NCBI GenBank assembly: GCA_964537955.1
Contig: CAZICY010000001.1
Location: forward strand, 54,023 to 118,022
Origin: an uncultured Actinomyces sp.
Lineage (GTDB): Bacteria > Actinomycetota > Actinomycetes > S36-B12
Length of the DNA: 64,000 nucleotides
Reading direction: 5' to 3'
Shown: positions 19,988 through 28,100 of the stretch, piece by piece
Numbering within the stretch: the first letter of the stretch is position 1
How the letters are laid out: every line of letters starts with the position of its first letter
The notes under the pieces: generated by a model
Databases searched by the model: none
Seen by the model: the letters and a program-made list of their open reading frames with translations, nothing else
Told to the model about the DNA's origin: nothing
Position numbers and translations under genes: made by a program

Positions 19988-21201
19988 CAGGAGCCTCCCC
20001 TGAGGTCCATGACGACGAGTTCGTCGCTCTCGGCGACGCGACCCACCTGCTCCGGGATGACGGCCAGCCCGTCCGCGCGCGCGAGGCCCCCGATGATGTG
20101 CGACCCCTGGCCCCCTTCGGGCTCGGCCATGATGAGGCCGTCCCGGGCGTAGAGCCGCACGCGCGCGAACTGCGTCTTGCCCACGGGCGAGGTGAACTCG
20201 CGCGCGCAGATGGCATGCAGTCGGGGCCTGTCCAGCTGCGCATGGCCGAGCATCCTGCGGATGAGGGGGCGGACGAAGACCTCGAAGGAGACGAACGAGC
20301 TCACCGGGTTGCCCGGGAGGGTGACGATGGGGGTGGAGCCGATGTGGCCTGAGCCCTGCGGCATCCCCGGCTGCATGGCGACCTTGACGAACTCGACCCC
20401 GCCCAGGCGCGTGAGCACGGCCTTGACCGTGTCGTATGCGCCCATGCTCACCCCTCCCGACGTGAGGATGAGGTCGCTGCGCTCGGCCTCCTGCGCCAGG
20501 ACGCGCTCGAGCTCGTCCTCATCGTCGCGCACAGGCCCGATGCGCACGGCCTCGGCGCCGGCCTCGCGGACGGCGGCGGTGAGCATGTAGCTGTTGGAGT
20601 CCACGATCTGGCCGACACCGGGATCGACTCCGGGATCCACCAGCTCGTCGCCCGTGGAGATGACGCTCACGCGCGGACGCCGGTGGACGGGGATGCCCGC
20701 GATGCCCACCGCGGCGAGCATGGCGATCACCCGGGAGTTGATGGGGGTGCCGGGCTCCAGCACGACCTCGCCAGCGGCGACATCCTCGCCGCGCAGCCGG
20801 ATGTGGGCACCGAGGTCGGGGGTGCGCGTGATCGAGACCGTGTCGGTGGCCGCGTCGGTCCACTCCACGGGGACGACGGCGTCCGCCCCCTGCGGGACGG
20901 GGGCACCGGTCATGATGCGCACGGCCGTGCCCGGCTCGAGTCGCTCGGCCGCCACCTGGCCCGCCGCGATGTCACCGCGGACCGGGAGCGACACGGCGTG
21001 CTCGGGCGACGCCCCCGCGACGTCGGCGGCGCGCACGGCGTAGCCATCCATGGAGCTGTTGTCGAAGGACGGCAGCGGCCAGCTCGCCGTGACGGCCTGT
21101 GCGAGCACGAGGTCATCAGCATCGAGGAGCGAGGCGGTCACGGCGGGGAGGGGGCGCGTGTCGCCGAGTACGACGCGCTGGTGCTCCGCCACGGACCTCA
21201 C
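19987..21201 (-). CDS. moeA: MoeA-family molybdopterin molybdenumtransferase / gephyrin-like protein (Glp candidate)
   Basis: Track ORF 19987..21624 is over-extended. SMDGYAV motif and MoeA domain order. GTG 21201 is preceded by GGGGAGGG and sits 1 nt after the galU stop. Confidence 0.85.
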   Translation of the reverse strand: MRSVAEHQRVVLGDTRPLPAVTASLLDADDLVLAQAVTASWPLPSFDNSSMDGYAVRAADVAGASPEHAVSLPVRGDIAAGQVAAERLEPGTAVRIMTGAPVPQGADAVVPVEWTDAATDTVSITRTPDLGAHIRLRGEDVAAGEVVLEPGTPINSRVIAMLAAVGIAGIPVHRRPRVSVISTGDELVDPGVDPGVGQIVDSNSYMLTAAVREAGAEAVRIGPVRDDEDELERVLAQEAERSDLILTSGGVSMGAYDTVKAVLTRLGGVEFVKVAMQPGMPQGSGHIGSTPIVTLPGNPVSSFVSFEVFVRPLIRRMLGHAQLDRPRLHAICAREFTSPVGKTQFARVRLYARDGLIMAEPEGGQGSHIIGGLARADGLAVIPEQVGRVAESDELVVMDLRGGS

Positions 21202-21202
21202 G

Positions 21203-22078
21203 TCAGCCCTCCCCGTCCAGGGCTCGGGGCAGCCAGGCGCGCAGGGCCGGGCCGAGGTCGTCCCGCTCGAGCGCGAGGCGGATGACGGCCTGCAGGTAGG
21301 ACAGCCGGTCGCCCGTGTCGTAGCGGCGCCCGGTGAAGAGCACACCGTGGACACGCCCCGCCAGCGCAAGCTCCCGCAGCGCATCGGTGAGCTGGATCTC
21401 CCCGCCGCGACCGGGTGGCGTGCGCGCGAGCACCGCGAAGACTTCCGGGTCGAGGATGTACCGGCCGATGACAGCGAGCGAGCTGGGAGCCGCGGCGGCG
21501 TCGGGCTTCTCCACGAGGTCGGTGACCTGGACCACGCCTGCCGCGTCGGTGGGCGCGACAGCCGCGCAGCCGTAGAGGGCGATCTGGTCGCGCGGAACCT
21601 CCATGAGACAGAGCACGGAGCCACCGAGGCGATCGCGCACGGCGATCATGTGCTCGAGCACGGGGTCGCGCGGGTCGATGAGGTCGTCACCCAGCAGCAC
21701 TGCGAAGGGATGGTCCCCGACGTGGCGCTCGGCCATGAGCACGGCGTGGCCCAGCCCGAGGGCGTCGCCCTGCCGCACATAGTGGATGCGCGCCAGGTCA
21801 TTGGATGCCGTGACGCTGTGCAGCCGCGCCGTGTCTCCCTTGGCCTCGAGCGCCGACTCGAGCTCGAGGTTGCGATCGAAGTGATCCTCCAGGGGACGCT
21901 TGCTCCGCCCCGTGACGAAGAGGATGTCGTCAAGGCCCGCGGCCACCGCCTCCTCGACGACGTACTGGATGGCGGGCTTGTCGACGACCGGGAGCATCTC
22001 CTTGGGCGTCGCCTTGGTCGCCGGGAGGAATCGCGTGCCGAGGCCGGCCGCGGGGATGACCGCCGTCGTCACGCGCAT
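21203..22078 (-). CDS. galU: UTP--glucose-1-phosphate uridylyltransferase
   Basis: N-terminus AVIPAAGLGTRFLPATKATPKEMLPVVDKPAIQYVVEEA. Confidence 0.93.
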   Translation of the reverse strand: MRVTTAVIPAAGLGTRFLPATKATPKEMLPVVDKPAIQYVVEEAVAAGLDDILFVTGRSKRPLEDHFDRNLELESALEAKGDTARLHSVTASNDLARIHYVRQGDALGLGHAVLMAERHVGDHPFAVLLGDDLIDPRDPVLEHMIAVRDRLGGSVLCLMEVPRDQIALYGCAAVAPTDAAGVVQVTDLVEKPDAAAAPSSLAVIGRYILDPEVFAVLARTPPGRGGEIQLTDALRELALAGRVHGVLFTGRRYDTGDRLSYLQAVIRLALERDDLGPALRAWLPRALDGEG

Positions 22079-22103
22079 GGGGACACCCTAGGAGAATGCC
22101 CGG

Positions 22104-22679
22104 GTGGGCACCCAGGACACCGAGCTATCGGCCGCCAAGCAGGCCGCGAGGGCCGAGGCACGGCAGCGCCGGCGCTCCGCTGGCCGCCCCGACGCCAAGG
22201 CCCTGGCGGATCAGGCCCTTGCCCTGGTCGAGCAGACCGCGGGACCCCGCCGCGTCACCTGCTACGCGTCGTACGGCACCGAGCCGGACACATGCGCGCT
22301 GCGCGAGCGCCTGGCGTCGGCAGGATTCGAGGTGCTCCTGCCGCGGGTGCGCGGCGAGGACCTCGAGTGGGTCGTGGACGACGGCAACGCGGTCGTGTCC
22401 TCCATGGGAATCGACGAGCCCGTGGGCCCGGCGGTCGATCTGCTCCCCGCGCGCGTGATGCTCGTGCCCGCGTTGGCCGTGACGCCGGACGGTGATCGAC
22501 TCGGCAAGGGCGGTGGCTTCTACGACCGCGTCCTCTCCCGCCTGAGCGGCACATCCCCGCTCATTGCGGCTGTCGTGGCCGACGCGGATGTGGTGGCACA
22601 CGTGCCGGTCGATTCCCACGACCAGCGGGTGCATGCGATCGTGACGCCGACGCGCGTGATCCGCTGCGCTCCGCGCTAG
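22104..22679 (+). CDS. 5-formyltetrahydrofolate cyclo-ligase
   Basis: 191 aa with the GKGGGFYDR motif. Divergent from galU, as Rv0992c/Rv0993 are. Confidence 0.85.
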   Translation: MGTQDTELSAAKQAARAEARQRRRSAGRPDAKALADQALALVEQTAGPRRVTCYASYGTEPDTCALRERLASAGFEVLLPRVRGEDLEWVVDDGNAVVSSMGIDEPVGPAVDLLPARVMLVPALAVTPDGDRLGKGGGFYDRVLSRLSGTSPLIAAVVADADVVAHVPVDSHDQRVHAIVTPTRVIRCAPR

Positions 22680-23026
22680 GGCCCGAGCGTCCCCGCGAGC
22701 GCGAGCCCGGCGAGGAGCGCGATGATGCTGCCCGCCACGGACGCCACGACGTTGGCGGCCGATGCTGCGCGCCGGCCCTCGCGCGCGAGGAGCAACGTGT
22801 CGAGCGCGAAGGTCGAGAAGGTCGTGAGCGCACCGCAGAAGCCGACCCCAGCGAAGAGCCACAGGCTCGAATCGACGGAGGAGAGGAGGAGGCCGAGCAC
22901 GAAGGAACCCGCGAGGTTGGCGATGAGGATCGATGAGGGGAATCGGCCGGAGACGAAGGCGACGAGCAGGTAGCGCACCCCTGCTCCGAGCGCGCCGCCG
23001 GCGGCGACGAGGAGGAACGCGCTCAC
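22676..23026 (-). CDS. crcB: fluoride channel CrcB/FluC subunit
   Basis: 116 aa and four TM segments. GFCGALTTFSTFA motif. GTG 23026 overlaps the upstream TGA as GTGA. Confidence 0.88.
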   Translation of the reverse strand: MSAFLLVAAGGALGAGVRYLLVAFVSGRFPSSILIANLAGSFVLGLLLSSVDSSLWLFAGVGFCGALTTFSTFALDTLLLAREGRRAASAANVVASVAGSIIALLAGLALAGTLGP

Positions 23027-23454
23027 GTGGACGCTCCGTCGCGCCGCAGCGCACGCCCCGCCGCGTAGCCGAGCCGCAGCGCGAGGAGTCCGCCGACGAG
23101 CATGGCGACGACGTACGCCGCGCCCACGGCCCAGGCACCCGAGTCGGCGAGCAGCACCGCATCGCCCGCGAACGCCGAAAACGTGGTGAAGCCGCCCAGG
23201 ACGCCCAGGCCGAGGAACGAACGCCACAGCGGGTGCCGCGCGGGGTGCGCGAGCACGTAGGAGACGAGCAGGCCCATGAGCGCGCAGCCGACCAGGTTGA
23301 CGGCGAGAGTGGCCCAGGGCAGCGCAATCCCCGCGCCATCGGCGACGACCTCCACGGCGTAGCGCGCCATCGCGCCGATGGCGCCACCCGCGGCGGCGAG
23401 GAGGAGTGCAGTTGCGTCGCGCCGCGGATCCGGTCGGCCGCGCGCGAATGGCAT
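23023..23454 (-). CDS. crcB: fluoride channel CrcB/FluC subunit (second paralog)
   Basis: 143 aa with the GVLGGFTTFSAFA motif. Paired with the downstream crcB, as expected for a heterodimeric Fluc. Confidence 0.88.
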   Translation of the reverse strand: MPFARGRPDPRRDATALLLAAAGGAIGAMARYAVEVVADGAGIALPWATLAVNLVGCALMGLLVSYVLAHPARHPLWRSFLGLGVLGGFTTFSAFAGDAVLLADSGAWAVGAAYVVAMLVGGLLALRLGYAAGRALRRDGAST

Positions 23455-23457
23455 GGC

Positions 23458-24210
23458 TCAGGCGTCGCGACGCTGGAAGATCACCAGCGCGGGGACCGCG
23501 AGCACGAGGAACCAGGCAAAGAACACCGCCAGGTGCCCCCACGCCTCGGCACCCTCGGCGTTGACCCCGGCGGTCGCCCCCGTGAAGGGCAGCACCCAGT
23601 CGATCCATGTCCAGCCGAGAACGAAGGCAACCGCGCCGATGATCGGCTCGACCAGGACCGCCAGGACGATGGGCAAGATGATGCCCAGCGGCTGGTTGCG
23701 GGTCAGGGCGGTGATGGCGAAGGCCATGAGCACGAAGATGAGGACGTAGATCACCCCGCGCAGTCCGGGCAGTCCGAGAGCCGTGTCCTCCCACACGAAG
23801 CCCTCGCCGGACAGCGCCGAGCCCAGGGCCTCGCCGACCACCATGGCCGCGATCGCCAGGACGGCGGCGACGACCGTGACCGCGACGACCATGACGGTCT
23901 TCGCGACGAAGACGGCGGTGCGGCGCGGGTAGATCGACAGCGTCGTGCGGATGAGCCCGTGGCGGTACTCCTGGCCGAAGGCCGCCGCCCCGATGGTGCA
24001 CAGGATCGCCGCGCACAGGGGCAGGAATGCGGCGAAGCCGCCGGGCCCGGCTCCGTCGGGCGGCCCTCCCGCATCGGGACCGGAGACGGCGATGATCCAG
24101 GTCACGAACAGGGCGAGGCCGGCCGGCACGAGCGCGCCGAGCGCGATGAGGGCCCAGGTCGACTTCACCGTGCTGATGCGCACCCACTCGTAGCGCAGCT
24201 CGCCGGTCAT
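23458..24210 (-). CDS. ABC-2 type transporter permease
   Basis: Internal ATG 24210 within track ORF 23458..24618, overlapping the ATPase TGA as ATGA. 250 aa with six hydrophobic segments. Confidence 0.8.
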   Translation of the reverse strand: MTGELRYEWVRISTVKSTWALIALGALVPAGLALFVTWIIAVSGPDAGGPPDGAGPGGFAAFLPLCAAILCTIGAAAFGQEYRHGLIRTTLSIYPRRTAVFVAKTVMVVAVTVVAAVLAIAAMVVGEALGSALSGEGFVWEDTALGLPGLRGVIYVLIFVLMAFAITALTRNQPLGIILPIVLAVLVEPIIGAVAFVLGWTWIDWVLPFTGATAGVNAEGAEAWGHLAVFFAWFLVLAVPALVIFQRRDA

Positions 24211-25109
24211 GACGCCTCCCCGAAAGCGAACTGCTGGCCATCCCCGGTGAGCTCCATGAAGGTCTCCTCGAGGCTCGCCTTGCGGGAGGCCAGCTCCAGG
24301 ACGGTGAGGCCCCCGTCGAAGGCGAGGTGCCCGATCTCGTCGGTGGTGAGGCCGATGACGGACAGGGCCGCGCCCTCCTCGGTCACGGTGCCCCCCGCGG
24401 CGCGCAGGAGCGCTGCGAGCCGCGCGGCATCGGTGCATCGGACGAGGACGTCGCTGCGCTGCGAGACGAGTTCGTCCACCGTGCCGTCGGCAACCAGCCG
24501 ACCCTTGGCGATGACGACGACGTGCTGGGCCATGAGCTGCATCTCCGACAGCAGGTGACTGGACACCAGGACGGCGTGGCCTTGTGCGGCGTACGCGCGC
24601 AGGAACTCGCGAAGCCATTGGATGGACTGGGGGTCCAGGCCGTTGGCGGGCTCGTCGAGCATGAGTGCGCGCGGCTCGGCGAGCACGGCGCCGGCGAGGC
24701 CGAGGCGCTGGGCCATGCCGAGCGAGAAGGACTTCGGGCGCTTGTCGGCAACCTCGGTGAGTCCCACCATCGCGAGCACCTCGTCGATGCGCGACTCGGG
24801 CAGCCTGGCGTCGGTCGCGAGCATCCGCAGGTGATCGCGTGCCGTGCGGCCGGGCAGGAAGGGCCGGGCGTCGAGGTGGGTGCCGACCACGCGACTGGCG
24901 TGCGGGTGGTCGATCAGGGGCTTGCCGTCGAACAGCGTGCTGCCCTCGCCGCGGTCCAGGCCGAGCATGATGCGCATGGTGGTGGACTTGCCGGCGCCGT
25001 TGGGGCCGAGGAAGCCGGTGACGACACCGTCGGGGACGGTGAAGGACAGGTCATCGACCGCGCGGACGCTGCCGAACGACTTGCCCAGGTGCTCCACGAG
25101 GATGGCCAC
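24207..25109 (-). CDS. ABC transporter ATP-binding protein
   Basis: Walker A GPNGAGKST, signature FSLGMAQRL, Walker B LMLDEP. GTG 25109 gives the usual short N-terminus. The upstream GTGs (25157, 25163, 25178) cannot be excluded. Confidence 0.85.
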   Translation of the reverse strand: MAILVEHLGKSFGSVRAVDDLSFTVPDGVVTGFLGPNGAGKSTTMRIMLGLDRGEGSTLFDGKPLIDHPHASRVVGTHLDARPFLPGRTARDHLRMLATDARLPESRIDEVLAMVGLTEVADKRPKSFSLGMAQRLGLAGAVLAEPRALMLDEPANGLDPQSIQWLREFLRAYAAQGHAVLVSSHLLSEMQLMAQHVVVIAKGRLVADGTVDELVSQRSDVLVRCTDAARLAALLRAAGGTVTEEGAALSVIGLTTDEIGHLAFDGGLTVLELASRKASLEETFMELTGDGQQFAFGEAS

Positions 25110-25171
25110 GCCAGGGACACTACTCGCGGGGCCTCGCCGGGTCCGCCTGACGTCCACAGCCACCCGCCGAC

Positions 25172-25198
25172 TTAGCACTCCCTGCTCGCGAGTGCTAA
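25172..25198. promoter_or_regulatory. CIRCE element (HrcA operator), perfect match to the consensus
   Basis: TTAGCACTC-cctgctcgc-GAGTGCTAA equals TTAGCACTC-N9-GAGTGCTAA with no mismatch. It ends 27 nt upstream of the GTG of the zinc-ribbon gene, in the divergent region shared with the ABC operon. Confidence 0.85.
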
Positions 25199-25225
25199 CC
25201 TTGACCGATCCCCGAGGAGGTTGCG

Positions 25226-25573
25226 GTGCCCACGTACCAATACGCCTGCACCGGCTGCGGCTACGAGTTGGAGGCGGTCCAGTCCTTCAGCGACGACCCA
25301 TTGACGACCTGTCCGGAGTGCAGCGGCACCCTGCGCAAGCTCTTCGGCAACGTGGGCGTGGTCTTCAAGGGCTCCGGCTTCTATCGCACCGACTCCCGCT
25401 CGTCCGGATCGAAGACGTCCTCGTCCGATTCCGCCTCGTCCTCCGGTTCGACCGCAGCCGCATCGCCTTCCGGGTCGTCGTCATCCGGGTCGTCGACATC
25501 GGGGTCGTCGTCATCCGGCTCCTCCTCGTCGAGCTCCGCTTCTTCGGCACCCTCGTCGTCCGCCAGCTCCTGA
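25226..25573 (+). CDS. FmdB-family zinc-ribbon protein with disordered Ser/Gly-rich tail (Ruc/Rv0991c-like chaperone candidate)
   Basis: N-terminus PTYQYACTGCGYELEAVQSFSDDPLTTCPECSG (CxxC...CxxC) followed by about 60 residues of Ser-rich low complexity. SD GAGGAGG lies upstream of the GTG. Confidence 0.8.
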   Translation: MPTYQYACTGCGYELEAVQSFSDDPLTTCPECSGTLRKLFGNVGVVFKGSGFYRTDSRSSGSKTSSSDSASSSGSTAAASPSGSSSSGSSTSGSSSSGSSSSSSASSAPSSSASS

Positions 25574-25628
25574 CGTCGCCTGTGGATGGCGCCCGACGCG
25601 ACCGGCTCGGTGCGCCTAGCGTCGGTGC

Positions 25629-26231
25629 GTGACCCCCGCGCGACTCTTCGTTCACCGCTTCCGGCGTCCGATCGCTGCCGCGTGCGCCGCACTCGCGGTC
25701 CTGCTCACTGCCGTCGCGCTGCGTCCTGCGTCTCCCGACCTGGTCGAGGTCGTGCTCGCCGCCGATGACCTGCCTGCGGGATCGACCCTGGGAGTCGATG
25801 ACCTTGCCCTGGGGACGCTGCCCGCGGCGTACCTCGCCCCCGGAGCCCTCGTGTCGGTCGACGACGCCACCGGGCGCACGATCGCGGCGGGCATCTCCGC
25901 CGGCGAGGTGATCACGCGCAGCCGGCTCGTCGACACCGGCCCGCGCACCGACGGACTCCACACCGTCCCCGTGCGCCTGGCCGATCCGCAGTCCGCAGAT
26001 CTGCTGCACCCCGGCGCGGTCATCGACCTTGTCCTGGCTTCGGGGGACGCACCCGGCCGTGTCATCGCGGAGGGCGCGCAGGTCGTGACGGTCCCGCGGC
26101 ATCCCGCGACGGCGGGCCTGGGCTCATCGCGGTCCGCGGGTACTCTCATCGTCGTCGCGACGGACCGCCGCACGGCGGTCGCACTCGCTGCCGCGGGCAC
26201 GCAGCCCGGCCTGGGGGTCGTCCTGCGCTGA
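25629..26231 (+). CDS. SAF domain-containing membrane-anchored protein (CpaB/RcpC-like)
   Basis: An N-terminal TM segment is followed by VLAADDLPAGSTLGVDDL...ISAGEVITRSRL, typical of SAF domains. Confidence 0.7.
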   Translation: MTPARLFVHRFRRPIAAACAALAVLLTAVALRPASPDLVEVVLAADDLPAGSTLGVDDLALGTLPAAYLAPGALVSVDDATGRTIAAGISAGEVITRSRLVDTGPRTDGLHTVPVRLADPQSADLLHPGAVIDLVLASGDAPGRVIAEGAQVVTVPRHPATAGLGSSRSAGTLIVVATDRRTAVALAAAGTQPGLGVVLR

Positions 26232-26286
26232 CCGTCGTCAGGCCCGTCGCCGACATCCAGGCACCGACACCGGAGGGAAGGCCCGC

Positions 26287-26694
26287 ATGATCAAGGGATT
26301 CAAGGAGTTCGTCTTCCGCGGCAACGTCATCGATCTCGCGGTCGCGGTCGCGGTCGGCACCGCACTCGCGGCCCTCGTGGCAGCCGTCACGCAGGCGATC
26401 ATCGAGCCCGTCGTCGGCTGGATCCTCAGTCTCCTGGGGGGATCCGACGGCATTGGCGGCACGATCACGCTCTCACCCGGCTACGAGCTCAACTTCGCGC
26501 TCCTCATCGGCGCGGTCATCACGTTCTTCGTCACCCTCGCGGCCCTCTACGTCTTCTTCGTCGCGCCGATGAACAAGTACCGCACCATGACCGGACAGGG
26601 CGGGGTGGACACGCGCCCCGCCGACGTGCAGCTGCTCGAGGAGATCCGCGACCTGCTCCGGCAGCAGGCCGGCGGTGCCAAGTCCGGCGACTGA
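26287..26694 (+). CDS. mscL: large-conductance mechanosensitive channel
   Basis: N-terminus MIKGFKEFVFRGNVIDLAVAVAVGTA. 135 aa. Confidence 0.93.
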   Translation: MIKGFKEFVFRGNVIDLAVAVAVGTALAALVAAVTQAIIEPVVGWILSLLGGSDGIGGTITLSPGYELNFALLIGAVITFFVTLAALYVFFVAPMNKYRTMTGQGGVDTRPADVQLLEEIRDLLRQQAGGAKSGD

Positions 26695-26697
26695 GGC

Positions 26698-28086
26698 TCA
26701 CCCGTGATGAGGCGGCCGCTGCTCCAGGTAGTGGCGGTCGTCGTAGGCGTCGACCCCCTCGTCGCCGGTGATGTCGGGCAGCAGTCCGCTGGATGGCGCG
26801 GCCGCCCGCGTCGCCCCTGATGCCGCGAGCGACTCCGCGATGGCGCGGCCCAGCAGGTCGATGTCCGCGTCATCGACGACAAAGGGCGGCGACACCTGGA
26901 GGGCCCCCGATGCGAGGTTGCGCGTGAGCACGCCGCGCTCGCGGAGCGCCGCGAGCACCCGGGCGGGAACTCCCGCCGCCTTCGCCTGCGGCGTGTAGTC
27001 CACCGCGGCCAGCAGGCCGACGCCCGCGCGCACCTCGCTCACCGCCTCGTACGCCGACAGGGGCAGCAGGGCCGCCGCGAGCCGGTGCTGTGCTGCATCG
27101 ACCCGGCCCACGAGCCCCTCACGCTCGACGATGTCGAGGTTGGCCATGGCAACCGCGCACGCGGTGGCGTGGGCGGAATAGGTGTAGCCGTGCCGCCACA
27201 TCACCGGCTCCGGGCCGTGCGTCCAGAAGGGCGCGGCCACGCGACCGGAGACCAGCACGGCGCCCAGCGGGACATAGCCGGACGTGATGCCCTTGGCGGT
27301 GAGCACGATGTCGGGATCCAGCGACCATCGATCGCTCGCGAACATCGCGCCTGCGCGGCCGTAGCCGCAGATCACCTCATCGGCCACGAAGAGCACCCCG
27401 TGACGCCGGCACGCCTCGCGCACGCGAGAGAGATAGTCCCCGGGCGGGGCGTAGACCCCGCCCGCGCCGATGATCGGCTCGCAGAAGAACGCGGCGATGT
27501 CATCCCGCTGCGCCAGCAGCGCCTCGAGCGCTGCGGCGTCGTCCCAGGGCACCTGGGCGACCGCGGGATCGAGATCTCCGTGCCCCGCCCTGTTGGCCTC
27601 GATGCCCGCCAGGCTCGTCCCCGCGAGATGCATGCCGTGATACGCGTGCTCACGCGTGACGATCACGCTTCGGTCCGGCACGCCCTGCTCGGCCCAGTAG
27701 CGACGCACCAGCTTGACGGCGGTGTCGACAGAGTCGCTTCCCCCGCTCGTGAAGAAGATGCGCGCGTCTGCCATGGGCGCCATCGCGGCGAGCCGCTCCG
27801 CGAGGTCGAGGGCCGGCCGCGTCGCCAGGTCGCCGAAGGCGGAGTAGGACGCCAGCCGCCGCATCTGCGTCGCGGCTGCCTCGGCGAGCTCGTCGCGACC
27901 GTGCCCGACGTTGCAGTACCACAGGCCCGCGGACGCGTCGAGGTATCGACGACCCTGCTCGTCGAAGACATAGGCGCCCTCGCCGTGATCGATGACGAGC
28001 TCGCCCGCTGCCGCCACCGCCGCCATATCGGCGAAGGGATGCCACAGACGCGTGCCCGTCGGGCGAGCGGCTCTCGCGTCCTCCAC
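26698..28086 (-). CDS. class-III (omega) aminotransferase, PLP-dependent
   Basis: 462 aa. LWYCNVGHGR, AFFCEPIIGAGGV and VADEVICGYGRAG motifs. Confidence 0.85.
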   Translation of the reverse strand: MEDARAARPTGTRLWHPFADMAAVAAAGELVIDHGEGAYVFDEQGRRYLDASAGLWYCNVGHGRDELAEAAATQMRRLASYSAFGDLATRPALDLAERLAAMAPMADARIFFTSGGSDSVDTAVKLVRRYWAEQGVPDRSVIVTREHAYHGMHLAGTSLAGIEANRAGHGDLDPAVAQVPWDDAAALEALLAQRDDIAAFFCEPIIGAGGVYAPPGDYLSRVREACRRHGVLFVADEVICGYGRAGAMFASDRWSLDPDIVLTAKGITSGYVPLGAVLVSGRVAAPFWTHGPEPVMWRHGYTYSAHATACAVAMANLDIVEREGLVGRVDAAQHRLAAALLPLSAYEAVSEVRAGVGLLAAVDYTPQAKAAGVPARVLAALRERGVLTRNLASGALQVSPPFVVDDADIDLLGRAIAESLAASGATRAAAPSSGLLPDITGDEGVDAYDDRHYLEQRPPHHG

Positions 28087-28100
28087 GGGCGCAGGCTAGC

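Noticed and set aside
7657-24558. Other long antisense or alternate-frame ORFs: 7657..9084, 10706..12262, 15930..17603, 21050..22495 and 22933..24558. The same applies to 40745..42361 and 36128..37321 further on.
   Set aside because: Each overlaps a gene with strong family motifs on the other strand or frame (glmU, ispE/rsmA, pmt, galU, crcB/ABC, lpqB, ahcY). Their translations are Arg/Pro/Gly-rich, as expected for out-of-frame GC-rich sequence.
25110-25225. Possible fluoride (crcB-motif) riboswitch upstream of the ABC-2/crcB operon or directly before crcB (23455-23457)
   Set aside because: Only 3 nt precede the first crcB. The operon leader shows none of the conserved riboswitch segments by eye and is dominated instead by the CIRCE palindrome.
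25390-25570. Repetitive tcgtc/ggctc-rich DNA that looks like a tandem repeat
   Set aside because: It is the coding sequence of the Ser/Gly-rich disordered tail of the zinc-ribbon protein. It is low-complexity rather than a defined repeat unit and is unrelated to a CRISPR array.
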